Of a DNA stretch of 64,000 nucleotides, positions 22,349 to 31,266 are shown one piece after another. Numbering within the stretch: the stretch's first letter is position 1; every line of letters begins with the position of its first letter. A program made the translations under genes and the position numbers. Under the pieces are notes generated by a model. That model did not search any database. It saw only the letters and a program-made list of their open reading frames with translations, and was not told the DNA's origin. Location of the stretch: contig JAENYQ010000007.1 of the NCBI GenBank assembly GCA_016841675.1, positions 1,638-65,637 on the forward strand, written 5' to 3'. The DNA comes from Desulfotomaculum sp. GTDB taxonomy: Bacteria; Bacillota; Desulfotomaculia; Desulfotomaculales; Desulfallaceae.

Positions 22349-23149
22349 ATGTGTAAAATAAGAAGTCTTATAGCAATAACAGTAATGTTTTGTTTGTTAT
22401 TTTTAAATTTTTCTCCAATCGCATTGGCAAGTACCCAGAATAGCAAAAACCAAACTGAAACTGTCGTATATACTAGTAAGGAAACTAAAAACAAAGTCGT
22501 AGAGGTAAAAACGGATTCATCAGTTAATTATGTAGTTATTGCTTCTCCGGTAACCTCTGATGAACCATCTATTGACGAACAATCTGATAAATCCAAAATA
22601 AATAAAGATAAAGATAAAGATAAAGATAGGAAAGATGAAACAACTAACCAGAGAACTTATTTTGCTTTTGCAAAAGACCTTGAAGAAGCTAAAAAAATTG
22701 CTGAATGCGTGCCTGAAATTGAGCAGGATTCCCCTGGAGAAGTAACGATGAGTGCAAAAAAGAACTTTTGGCATTATAGCTATATAGAAAGCTATACTTC
22801 AGGCGGATATCTATACTACCACACATATTTGTCACCAACAGATGTTAATTATATTACTGCTACTGGATTAATTATAGCAAGTACTTTGGCAGGAGCGCTT
22901 GTGGCAACAGGTGTGGTTACTGCAGCCGTAGGTGTAGTAATTGCAGGAATAGCATCTCTAGCCATAATTAATTATTTCCATTTCACCACTAATCCAAATG
23001 GTTCTTTAGATTTATGGAAAAGGCACGTTGACCTAAATATAAATAACAGTTACGTTGAACCTGGGGAGAAACTGGGTAATGCCGAAGCAGGAACAGGCTA
23101 TTGGAAAACATATTATTGGCCAAGTAGTCAGCCGGGATATGGAATATAA
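22349..23149 (+). CDS. Secreted/membrane protein with KD-repeat linker and Gly/Ala-rich TM hairpin (unknown function)
   Basis: RBS AAGGGGGG. Signal peptide ending ALAST. KDKDKDKD low-complexity run. TM region LIIASTLAGALVATGVVTAAVGVVIAGIASLAII. AT-rich. Confidence 0.6.
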   Translation: MCKIRSLIAITVMFCLLFLNFSPIALASTQNSKNQTETVVYTSKETKNKVVEVKTDSSVNYVVIASPVTSDEPSIDEQSDKSKINKDKDKDKDRKDETTNQRTYFAFAKDLEEAKKIAECVPEIEQDSPGEVTMSAKKNFWHYSYIESYTSGGYLYYHTYLSPTDVNYITATGLIIASTLAGALVATGVVTAAVGVVIAGIASLAIINYFHFTTNPNGSLDLWKRHVDLNINNSYVEPGEKLGNAEAGTGYWKTYYWPSSQPGYGI

Positions 23150-23167
23150 ATTTAGGAGACCTTTTAA

Positions 23168-23359
23168 ATGACCAAGCTAATAAAGTTGTTACCTATAATA
23201 GCCTTACTTGTATTAACTTTAATAGTTAATACTGCAGTTAGAAATTACTTTATTATAGTAGGCTTGAGCCCAAGAGACTCTTATATTATAACAATGGTGG
23301 CGATATTAAGTTATATATTAGGAGCAATATTCATAGAAATATATCATCGTTATAGGTAA
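23168..23359 (+). CDS. Small two-TM membrane protein (63 aa)
   Basis: Starts 19 nt after the preceding gene, RBS AGGAG. Two hydrophobic helices. Confidence 0.5.
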   Translation: MTKLIKLLPIIALLVLTLIVNTAVRNYFIIVGLSPRDSYIITMVAILSYILGAIFIEIYHRYR

Positions 23360-23498
23360 ACGGGCTAATTTTATGTTACCGCTCACGAAAATTGGCGGTG
23401 TGAATCTCACCGTCAATGGCGTAAGAGTTTAGCCGCTAATCCGCCATTGGGGTGAGAACCCAGCCGCCAGTCATTTAAGGTAAATGAAAGCGTGCCGG

Positions 23499-23828
23499 TC
23501 ACCCGACCACTCCCCGTTGCCGGTCAAAGTCCGCCAGCACCCTGGCAATATGGGTTTCTTCGATCACCTCGTGACCCCGTTGGGCCGCATCGTGGATGGC
23601 CTGGCTACAGATTTAGTTGATAATACGCGGGATGCCTTGACCAGCGGCATGGACCAGGGACATAACACTATCGGCAAAAACCGGGGCCGCCATGCCGGCT
23701 ATCTTCATCTGATGGCGGATGTAATTAGCAGTCTCCTCCGGGCTGAGCCCTCCCAGGTGATACTGCAGTGGGATCCGCTGGGTGATAGCCTCGTACTTTT
23801 TAAGCCGTAAAGTCCGCCGCAGTTCGGG
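23499..23828 (-). pseudogene. TniB/ExeA-like AAA ATPase, C-terminal part (in-frame TAA)
   Basis: ...GQPELRRTLRL...GIPRIIN-stop-ICSQAIHDAA... continues the frame broken at 27367. Confidence 0.7.
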
Positions 23829-23931
23829 CTGCCCATATCCCAGCAATTATTTTATCAACCATAATTCTTCTGAAGTGTTGTAACTCCGAGGAATCTGCTT
23901 TAGACTCCTCGGATAATTTCTGATGACAAAA

Positions 23932-24975
23932 CTATCTGTATAGGAATGGCATCGCATTGGGGAGGGACTGCGGAATCGATTGCATCATTGTATTTTCTAA
24001 TGGTTTGCCGCGTTCATTAAGGTATTTGTTAGCTAATTCTGGCGTAAGCTTGGCGTAAACAACAGTAGAAGAAATCGATGCATGGCCTAAAAACGCCTTT
24101 ATTGCAATAAGTGATTCCCCTGCTTCAAGCATATGAACCGCGATTGAGTGGCGAAATGAGTGCGGCGTGTAGTCGTTCTGTCTAAAAAGCTTCGGATATA
24201 GTTCCCTTGCTCTAACCACATATTTCCGGACAACTTCCTCAACGCAAGAGATTGACATTTGCTCATTGGCCTGGCTTGAGAATAGATGCCGGTCGTAAGT
24301 TGACTTGTTGTTTAAATCGTATTTTCTTACCCGCAAATATTCGGTTATGATTGCGGTACAGCTCGTGGGGATAGTAACTATTCGAGACTTGTTCCCTTTT
24401 CCAGTCAAGCGCACCTTTGTCGGAAAAGACGGCGTTGCTAACGTGATGTCCTTCAAAGTTATGTCGCACAGCTCCTGCGCCCGTGCGCCAGTGGCATATA
24501 ATGCCGCCAGCATCGCGACATCGCGCTGTCCGATCGCTTTTGATGTATCAGGCAGTTTTAGCAGCAATTGAATTTCTTCTTTCGTAAAATATTTTATGAT
24601 ATTATTCTTCGGCTCTTTTTTCTTTGCGGAAGTAATTGCTTCGGAATAGAATGGCAAAGATGCGGAAAAGGATTTCTTGGCGGCATATTTTGCAAACGCA
24701 ATGATCGCGGAGCGGCGAACATTGCGCGTTTTAGCGGTACACTGGCGCTCTTGTTCGAGATGAACAAGAAATTCGTCAATAACGCCGTTTGAGAGCGTTT
24801 CAAACGACACCTTGGTCGGCATGATACCTTTCACATCATCAAGATATCCAAAAAGCAGCCGGAAAGCGTACTGGTACGCTGTTATGGTGTTTGCGCTCAG
24901 CCCCTTGGTAGTAGGCAGGTATTCGGTAAAGAACTCTGACAGCAGACGAGTTAGCTCACCAGGTTTGCTTTTCAC
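23932..24975 (-). CDS. Tyrosine recombinase, third of trio (RitC-like)
   Basis: GTG start overlaps the upstream stop (GTGA). ATGARAQE, HSFRHSIA, LGHASISSTVVY catalytic signature. Confidence 0.85.
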   Translation of the reverse strand: MKSKPGELTRLLSEFFTEYLPTTKGLSANTITAYQYAFRLLFGYLDDVKGIMPTKVSFETLSNGVIDEFLVHLEQERQCTAKTRNVRRSAIIAFAKYAAKKSFSASLPFYSEAITSAKKKEPKNNIIKYFTKEEIQLLLKLPDTSKAIGQRDVAMLAALYATGARAQELCDITLKDITLATPSFPTKVRLTGKGNKSRIVTIPTSCTAIITEYLRVRKYDLNNKSTYDRHLFSSQANEQMSISCVEEVVRKYVVRARELYPKLFRQNDYTPHSFRHSIAVHMLEAGESLIAIKAFLGHASISSTVVYAKLTPELANKYLNERGKPLENTMMQSIPQSLPNAMPFLYR

Positions 24976-25949
24976 TCGAAATTCACCTCCGGAAACAGAT
25001 TTCCAACGCTCTCTTCCATCCGGGCGTGCGAGTTTTTGTACAGCACATAATTCGTCGTTATGTATTTTTCAGTTCCCGCCAGAGATTCATGTCCAAGATA
25101 TGCCGCAAGTCGTGGTCCAGATTCTTCCAGCGGTCTCCTTTCCGCTTCCGACTTCAAAAACGATTTGAACGTGAAGTAGTGCCTTAAGGTGTGAGGGGAT
25201 ATTATGCGCTCCGATGGCACGCTGCGTACATTTGGGATACCGGCTTGCTCCAAGATTTGCAAGAACCAGAGCCTAAACGTGTTTTGCAGGTATGGACGCC
25301 CTTTTATGCGGACGCTCTCAAACAATAAACTGGCGTCCGAATCATCTCCAATCATGCGCCTATTGTATAATCTGAGCACCTCTGCCAATGAGCTGCTAGT
25401 TGGGACAATTCGCTGCTTGTGGTTTTTGGCTTTCCGTATTGTGATAACTTCAGTATCTAAATCTATGTCACGCCAACAGAGCGAAAGCGCTTCGCCCAGC
25501 CGCAATCCGCAGCCGTAGAGAATCCTGAGTAGCATTGGAAAGACATATGATGTCTCATTTTCTTTGCTTTTGATTGCTGCAAAATTGTCCGCTACGTCAA
25601 TAATGGCTGCGAACTCTTCATCTGAAAAAGTGTACACAACATAATCTGACTGTGTCCGAAACAATTCCGGCTCATACGCAGGGATTTCAAGCGCGCTCAA
25701 GTATCGTGCAAACCTGCGCATGTTGCCTGTGTAATTCCTCTTAGACTTTGGTTTGCACGCAAGAGTCTTCAGCCACCCGGAAACAACCGCTTCCGTCAGT
25801 GCCTTTTGAGATATATTGCTGTTTAATAAATATGCGTCAAGGCTGTTAAACGTAGTCCTGTATTTGCTAGTGTCTTTATCTGCGTTTTCCAGCAGCTTCA
25901 AATAATCATTCATTTCAGCGGCTAGACAGCTGCCATATTGCTTAGGCAT
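24972..25949 (-). CDS. Tyrosine recombinase, second of trio (RitB-like)
   Basis: ATG lies 1 nt after the upstream stop. GLRLGEA, HTLRHYF, LGHESLAGTEKY. Confidence 0.85.
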   Translation of the reverse strand: MPKQYGSCLAAEMNDYLKLLENADKDTSKYRTTFNSLDAYLLNSNISQKALTEAVVSGWLKTLACKPKSKRNYTGNMRRFARYLSALEIPAYEPELFRTQSDYVVYTFSDEEFAAIIDVADNFAAIKSKENETSYVFPMLLRILYGCGLRLGEALSLCWRDIDLDTEVITIRKAKNHKQRIVPTSSSLAEVLRLYNRRMIGDDSDASLLFESVRIKGRPYLQNTFRLWFLQILEQAGIPNVRSVPSERIISPHTLRHYFTFKSFLKSEAERRPLEESGPRLAAYLGHESLAGTEKYITTNYVLYKNSHARMEESVGNLFPEVNFE

Positions 25950-25950
25950 A

Positions 25951-27192
25951 TTACAACGCCCCCTTTCCGCTGGCTAGGTATTCGGCAAATCTGCCGCTCG
26001 CCATTGGGACGTCAAGGGCGCAGGAACGCAGGCTTTCCGTGTCAAGTTTCACATAATGCGTTATGGCGTTAGGATCTTCATGCCCCAGAATGGTTCTGAC
26101 CGCTTCATAAGGCACATTTTCCGCTACGAGACCGCTTGCGAGTGACATCCTGAGGGCATGTGCGCTATGGTGCCTGTCGCCAAACTCGATTCCAGATTGA
26201 CGAAAATGTTTTGCGGCAACCCGGCATATAGCCCCGCTGCTCAATTTCGGCAGCACGCCCTTCTTCAAGCTTTCTCGGCAAGTAAGGAATATATATAGCT
26301 CAACTGAGTCGCCACGCACGTTGTTGATATAGTCTTGCAAGGCTTCCGCTATTTCTGGCAAAAGCGTTAATTGGTTTGCGACCCCTGTTTTTCGTTGTTT
26401 AAACTCAATAATAGCCTTGACAAAATCAACATTTTCGAAGCGCAGGAAACTTATGTCAGAAGAGCGCATGCCCAATCGTGCTGCCAACAAAAGAATCGCA
26501 TAATTACGTTTCCCCACTTCATTTGAACGATCGACGCTTCCGAGTATCGCCTCAATTTCGTCGCTGCTATACACGGAGGGGATACGCTTCCAATAATGCA
26601 TTTGCGGCACTATCCCCGCGTAATTGTATTTGACAATTCCTTCTTTGACCAGGAATCCAAAGAGTTTCCGTATGCAAGCCGCAAACTGAGCTTTGCTTGT
26701 AGCCCGGTCAAACGCTCCCGACAGTGCTTTGGCATCGACGGCATCCCATGATTCTATGCCGTTCCTCGCGAAATCCCTGCATAGCTTTATTGTAAATACA
26801 CGATGTTTGTCAATGGTGCATTGCTTCAAATTTGCTGTCTCCAATGATTTGAGGTAATGCTCAAGCACCTCTTTGAAAGCTTCCGGGCATTCGTAATTCA
26901 CTCGAAGATACGTATACGAATACTTTCCGTCGTCAAGGTACTCATTAAATCGCCGTATGACCAAACGCTGGCGCTGATAACCAGCTTGCTGTAGATACAT
27001 CAGGCGCTCTTCAGACTCCAGAAATTTCTCGCCTATTTCTTGGGTGTATGCTTTATAGCCGTTTGCATTCGCAAAGCGGATCAGCAGATTGATTGTCCCC
27101 CTGTAGTGCCTTGTAATGTCGTGGGTGTAGCCTTTCTCGACAAGAAAGTCAGTAAACCCGTCATTTAGTTCTCTCCAATAACTGATATCCAT
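25951..27192 (-). CDS. Tyrosine recombinase, first of trio (RitA-like)
   Basis: ATG 27192 after GGAGGG. RLGMRSSD, HALRMSLA, LGHEDPNAITHY. Confidence 0.85.
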   Translation of the reverse strand: MDISYWRELNDGFTDFLVEKGYTHDITRHYRGTINLLIRFANANGYKAYTQEIGEKFLESEERLMYLQQAGYQRQRLVIRRFNEYLDDGKYSYTYLRVNYECPEAFKEVLEHYLKSLETANLKQCTIDKHRVFTIKLCRDFARNGIESWDAVDAKALSGAFDRATSKAQFAACIRKLFGFLVKEGIVKYNYAGIVPQMHYWKRIPSVYSSDEIEAILGSVDRSNEVGKRNYAILLLAARLGMRSSDISFLRFENVDFVKAIIEFKQRKTGVANQLTLLPEIAEALQDYINNVRGDSVELYIFLTCRESLKKGVLPKLSSGAICRVAAKHFRQSGIEFGDRHHSAHALRMSLASGLVAENVPYEAVRTILGHEDPNAITHYVKLDTESLRSCALDVPMASGRFAEYLASGKGAL

Positions 27193-27366
27193 AATACCCT
27201 CCAAAACATATTTGTGACATCGGTTGATGTCCAGGAGTATTATAGATTATATATCAGAAATTATCCGAGGAATTTTCATAGAAACTATTGGTTTTTCTAT
27301 GCTTTGACCATTATCGAGGATAGTATAATTGCTGGGATATGGGCAGTTATCTGACTTCTGAGATAA

Positions 27367-27725
27367 CTGACCCACCATGATCAAAGGGAATAGCGAGCAG
27401 GAGTCCATCTGGTGGTTAACCACAAACCTTAATTCTCCCAGCATGGTTTCGCTCATTTCTGTTCCTGACGGGACTCCAGCACATCTACCCAGAGGCGCTT
27501 GGCTTTGGCTGGGGAAAAGGGAGACACTTCACCTACGTACCGTAAGAGTTCCCCGTAGAATCCGCGGGGTTTAAGATTGGATTTAGAAATGTAGATGAAG
27601 AGATACCGCATAGGATCCAGGCTTTGAAACAGACGGCGGGTGAGGAGAGACTTGCTGCTTCCCACCTCGCCGGTTAGAAGACCCAGATAGCGGTTTTCCA
27701 CCATCAGTTGCAAGCGGGCCAACAC
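27367..27725 (-). pseudogene. TniB/ExeA-like AAA ATPase, N-terminal part (frameshifted, interrupted)
   Basis: Degenerate Walker A LLTGEVGSSKS. ...FVVNHQMDSCSLFPLIMVGQ ends at the RIT insertion. Confidence 0.7.
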
Positions 27726-27935
27726 CTTTGTCCAGGAAATGGACTCCAGGGAGGACCGAACGGAACCGAGATTCCCGGCCTTGGCTGAAGGATCATTACA
27801 ATGAGACTGGCGACCCGCGGCTATAGGGTAACGTGGTTGTAGAGACTAAATTTAACATATTAAAACCATACTGGTTGGGTTTGAAAACCATTGACTGGGC
27901 AAACTGGGCTGACGAGACCGACAATATCTATCTAA

Positions 27936-27971
27936 ACCTAAAAATGATGGTGTCAGAGTGCACCATCATTT
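27936..27971 (-). terminator. Orphan hairpin with T-run (minus orientation)
   Basis: 11-bp arms AAATGATGGTG/CACCATCATTT. T-run on the minus strand. Confidence 0.4.
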
Positions 27972-28135
27972 ACCGACTTTCAAAGTTTGATATTCGTATT
28001 GGTTCAACATCGCAAGTCTGGGCTGCAATAGACCTGCCCGTTACCCTAATAATGAACCATCTCATTTTGTCTTATATACCCATCCCAAAAATTTATTTTT
28101 AAATGCTATAACATTTAAATTAAGGGGGATGCAAA

Positions 28136-28798
28136 ATGATTAATAGAAAAAAATATATGATACTAATTATGGTTTTAATAATTATAACAGTGTCATCATT
28201 GGCAGCCTATGCAGCAAAAGATTCTGTATGGGAAAAGGCCGGGCAAGACATAAAAAATATTCATGAAAACCCTGATAATAGTAAGGTCGTCGCATTAATA
28301 GATGACGAAGAAGTGACACAAATAAATGTTGAGATAAAAAAGGCTTTTCTTACTTTGCAGGGGAAAAAACCTTCTAAAAATGAAATACTTAATGCCATTG
28401 CTTACGACAAAATTCTTATAAAAAAATCCAAGCAACGTGAATTATACCCGTCACAGGGTGAAACATTAGACTATATGAATCAACTAAGGGATATGCAAGA
28501 CGAAGCCATAAAAAATGGCGACACTAACGAGACTTATGATGAATGGATAGATTATTTGGCAGGTAGAGGAATGTCAGAAGATGAATATTGGGAAAGTGAA
28601 GAAGCTATTACAGGTTACCAATACAGTCTTGCCATCGCGAGATTGCGTTCAGCACTGGCAGAAGAATGGGGTTATACTCCGGAAAAGCTTGAGACACCTC
28701 AACAAATTAATGAATTTGAGGAAACGTTTAATAAAAAAATAAATGAACGTGTGCAACAAGCCAAAAAAGAAATAATTGAGGAAAGTGTTTTTGAATAA
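28136..28798 (+). CDS. Signal-anchored acidic helical protein (SurA/PrsA N-terminal-like, no PPIase domain)
   Basis: RBS AAGGGGGA. N-terminal TM. VALIDDEEVTQINVEIKKAF-type chaperone-like N-domain. AT-rich. Confidence 0.5.
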   Translation: MINRKKYMILIMVLIIITVSSLAAYAAKDSVWEKAGQDIKNIHENPDNSKVVALIDDEEVTQINVEIKKAFLTLQGKKPSKNEILNAIAYDKILIKKSKQRELYPSQGETLDYMNQLRDMQDEAIKNGDTNETYDEWIDYLAGRGMSEDEYWESEEAITGYQYSLAIARLRSALAEEWGYTPEKLETPQQINEFEETFNKKINERVQQAKKEIIEESVFE

Positions 28799-29081
28799 AG
28801 TGTATAATTGTTGGAAAATATTTATTGTACAAAGTCTTATATCGCTCCAAAGGCAGCGAAGCACAAAAACGATCCAGCAAATGATCGGTCTGGGGATCGA
28901 ACTGGTCGCCATCATTGAACCCCATTCAAGCATTCGCGAATTGAACGCCATGGCGATTCTCCAGCGGTTTATCAACGAGCAGGCTACCTTTGATAGCGAG
29001 AAGAACACCTGGGGGAAGCAAAAGCAAATAAAGACATTGAGGCAGACTCCTCCCCAAGTCCAGCTCCAGAGAGGAATATAG

Positions 29082-29139
29082 GGTGCCTGGTGCAGCTAAA
29101 TTATGACAAATGTGTCGAGATTTAGCTGCACCAGGCACC
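29082..29139. repeat. Perfect 20-bp-arm palindrome at a rearrangement junction
   Basis: GGTGCCTGGTGCAGCTAAAT (29082-29101), an 18-nt loop, then ATTTAGCTGCACCAGGCACC (29120-29139). Confidence 0.95.
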
Positions 29140-29146
29140 TGGAATT

Positions 29147-29712
29147 TTTGCCATATCCGTTCCGGGAACGGCCCGGGCCTATGGGAAAAGATACTTTATA
29201 CGGTAGAGACCCTGCTTGGCGGTACTCAGATGAATATCAGCACTGGATACCGGCACAATGAACACGGTCAGTTGTCTCCACCGCCAAATGAAGGGTTTAC
29301 AGAGATCCCCATTGAAAAGGAGAGAATTGTTTCCCTGGAAGAGGCGAAAACGGTTTCCCCTTTCCCGGTCACAATTCCTGAATATATCCCCGCCGGCTAT
29401 ACCCTTGATCAGGTTAAATTTCAGCCAATGAGCAAACCCGTGGCCAGGATCAGCCTCAATTATAATAGCCCCGATGCAAATTACATTGTGCTTGAAGAGA
29501 TGAATGTACCGGAGGGATATGTTCAGGGATACGGATATGATATTGAAGACGCTGTCACAAAGGATATCGAGGTGGGGAAAAACAGTGGCAAATTGATTTT
29601 ATTCAAAAATGACAGGATTCGAATAACGTGGATAAATAACAGTGTATTGTTTACCCTGGAAGGGAAGATATCAGAAGAGGATACAATAAAAATAGCCGAA
29701 TCCATGAAATAA
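29147..29712 (+). pseudogene. Anti-sigma factor 3' fragment (copy 2, lacks N-terminus and TM)
   Basis: Near-identical to 19219-19785. No sigma gene or cytoplasmic anti-sigma domain upstream. Confidence 0.85.
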
Positions 29713-29740
29713 AACGGGGCAGGACCGGGTGCCCCGTTTT
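29711..29740. terminator. Bidirectional terminator, copy 2
   Basis: AAAACGGGGC-loop-GCCCCGTTTT. Confidence 0.8.
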
Positions 29741-30197
29741 ATTTTACATAATACGAATCGGAATACGACTTTGCGGATTCAGTTGTTGTGCCGTGGGTCA
29801 GGCTGTGATCCGCCCGTACTCTGTAATAGTAACCCTTTAAGACCGCCAGACCCTTTACCCCCTCTGCTTTGGAGACGTTATACCTTTCATAGGGCCAGCT
29901 TCCCAGATCGACCCAACTGCTGCCGTTCCAGCGTTGCAGGTACAGCCTTACCATGATATAGTCCACATTTTGATAAGCCTGGGTATAACCGGTTAAATTT
30001 ATATTTCCGCCTCCGCTGGGAATAAGACTGCAATTCCAATCCTGCAGGTACTGTAAAGCCTCAATTCCCACTTCCTTAAACGCTTTACTTTGCTCCGGCG
30101 GCGGCGCTTTCAAGCCATCCGCGTAGGCAGCACCGGTTGACGCAAAAAAAACAGCCACCATTACTAAAGCTAACACACTCTTCCGAAAACCCTTCAA
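29739..30197 (-). CDS. Small secreted beta-rich protein, copy 2 (intact, 152 aa)
   Basis: TTG 30197 after AAGGGGGAA. Signal peptide KGFRKSVLALVMVAVFFASTGAAYA. The track start at 30227 is probably too far upstream. Confidence 0.65.
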   Translation of the reverse strand: MKGFRKSVLALVMVAVFFASTGAAYADGLKAPPPEQSKAFKEVGIEALQYLQDWNCSLIPSGGGNINLTGYTQAYQNVDYIMVRLYLQRWNGSSWVDLGSWPYERYNVSKAEGVKGLAVLKGYYYRVRADHSLTHGTTTESAKSYSDSYYVK

Positions 30198-30235
30198 TTG
30201 CTTATTCCCCCTTTTTTTAAAAAACAAACGTCAAT

Positions 30236-30266
30236 ATAAGACGTTTCAGAATGGGATAAGGTTCAA
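30236..30266 (-). promoter_or_regulatory. ECF-type promoter GAAC-N17-CGTC, minus-facing, copy 2
   Basis: The reverse complement reads TGAACC (30261-30264 core) - 17 nt - CGTC (30240-30243). Confidence 0.55.
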
Positions 30267-30308
30267 TATCTGACAGAAATATTTTTAAAATTTTTTTTGG
30301 CTTTTTTT

Positions 30309-30333
30309 GAACCCAAAGCCATTTTCATTCGTC
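30309..30333 (+). promoter_or_regulatory. ECF-type promoter GAAC-N17-CGTC, plus-facing, copy 2
   Basis: GAAC 30309-30312, CGTC 30330-30333. Confidence 0.55.
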
Positions 30334-30572
30334 TTAATGTGATTGAGTTTTTAGGAGAGGTGAAGCAATAAATTTAGGGGGGTGATGTTAGTGGCATATC
30401 AATTTTATCTTACTAGGGCTTCTCCCCAAGAAAACAGGTAAGGGTTTCAAACCCTTACCTTAACCAATGTGTTCCTACTTTGAATATAACCTATAAAATC
30501 TCATAAAAGCTATTAAAATAGTAGATATTCTAGTCAGTCAATAATTTTAATAATAAATAAGAGGTAAAACTA

Positions 30573-31236
30573 ATGAATTTTGGAAAGTTACCTATTATAA
30601 TGGTAGTGATGTTTATTTTTGGGTTGCTAGTACCCGGAATAGCGTTTGCCTGTGCAGAAGTTTCTGAGAAAGACTCCGCGAAAGAGAAAGCAGCTAAACA
30701 TATAAGTGAATTCATGTCTGACCGCGATAAGAGCATTTCAGCACTGAATAAAGCGGCTGAATCTTCAGTAATAGATACTGAAGAGTATACTTTGAAAAAC
30801 GGTGACAAAGTTAAAAAGGAGTTTCGCAAATTTAAGGTTGATGATAATTTAACAATTGAAAACGAACGAACATATACAATAAGTGCCACTATGTATACTG
30901 TCGAGGATTCTTACGGCTTGTTCTGGGGTGGCGTACCCGGTGCTGGCGGCTACATGGTAGCTGTGTATAAATATACACATCCCACGATTAACAATCCAAA
31001 CTCAATGACAACCCAATTTTATGGTGCCTCTGGTCATGTCAGGAATCTTGATTCGTTGAACTATATTTGTAGATGCAGAAGGAACATGGGATACGCATGA
31101 ATCATACAGTCCTAGCGCTCAAGTAGTATTTGAAATGGAAATGAGAATTCCCGGAACCACATATTGGCAAGATATTACTTATAAAAATACTTGCCGATTT
31201 AACAGTTATGGCGAAGCTTCTTTTGGTTGGTCTTAA
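30573..31236 (+). pseudogene. Secreted protein of unknown function, split by one frameshift near 31061-31100
   Basis: Signal peptide plus 175-aa ORF. The +1 frame continues as FVDAEGTWDTHESY...GEASFGWS to TAA at 31234-31236. Confidence 0.55.
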
Positions 31237-31266
31237 TTGGCGACAATTATTAGGAGAAAATGGTAA

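Larger units (their letters stand above)
23829..27346 (-). mobile_element. RIT-like element (recombinase in trio) with terminal inverted repeats
   Basis: 22-bp perfect inverted repeats at 23829-23850 and 27325-27346. Conserved subterminal 18-mers at 23907-23924 and 27253-27270. Three tandem tyrosine recombinase genes. Confidence 0.8.

Noticed and set aside
22600-22630. A tandem AAAGAT hexamer run, considered as a microsatellite or CRISPR-like repeat.
   Set aside because: It is only ~4 units, in frame, and encodes a KDKDKDKD linker inside a CDS. There is no repeat-spacer architecture anywhere in the window.
23484-23810. A 108-aa plus-strand ORF.
   Set aside because: It is antisense to the recognisable C-terminal part of the TniB/ExeA-like ATPase pseudogene.
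27347-27366. The 20-bp sequence TTATCTGACTTCTGAGATAA, considered as a target-site duplication of the RIT-like element.
   Set aside because: No matching copy exists at the other end (23809-23828). It is kept only as an unexplained junction feature.
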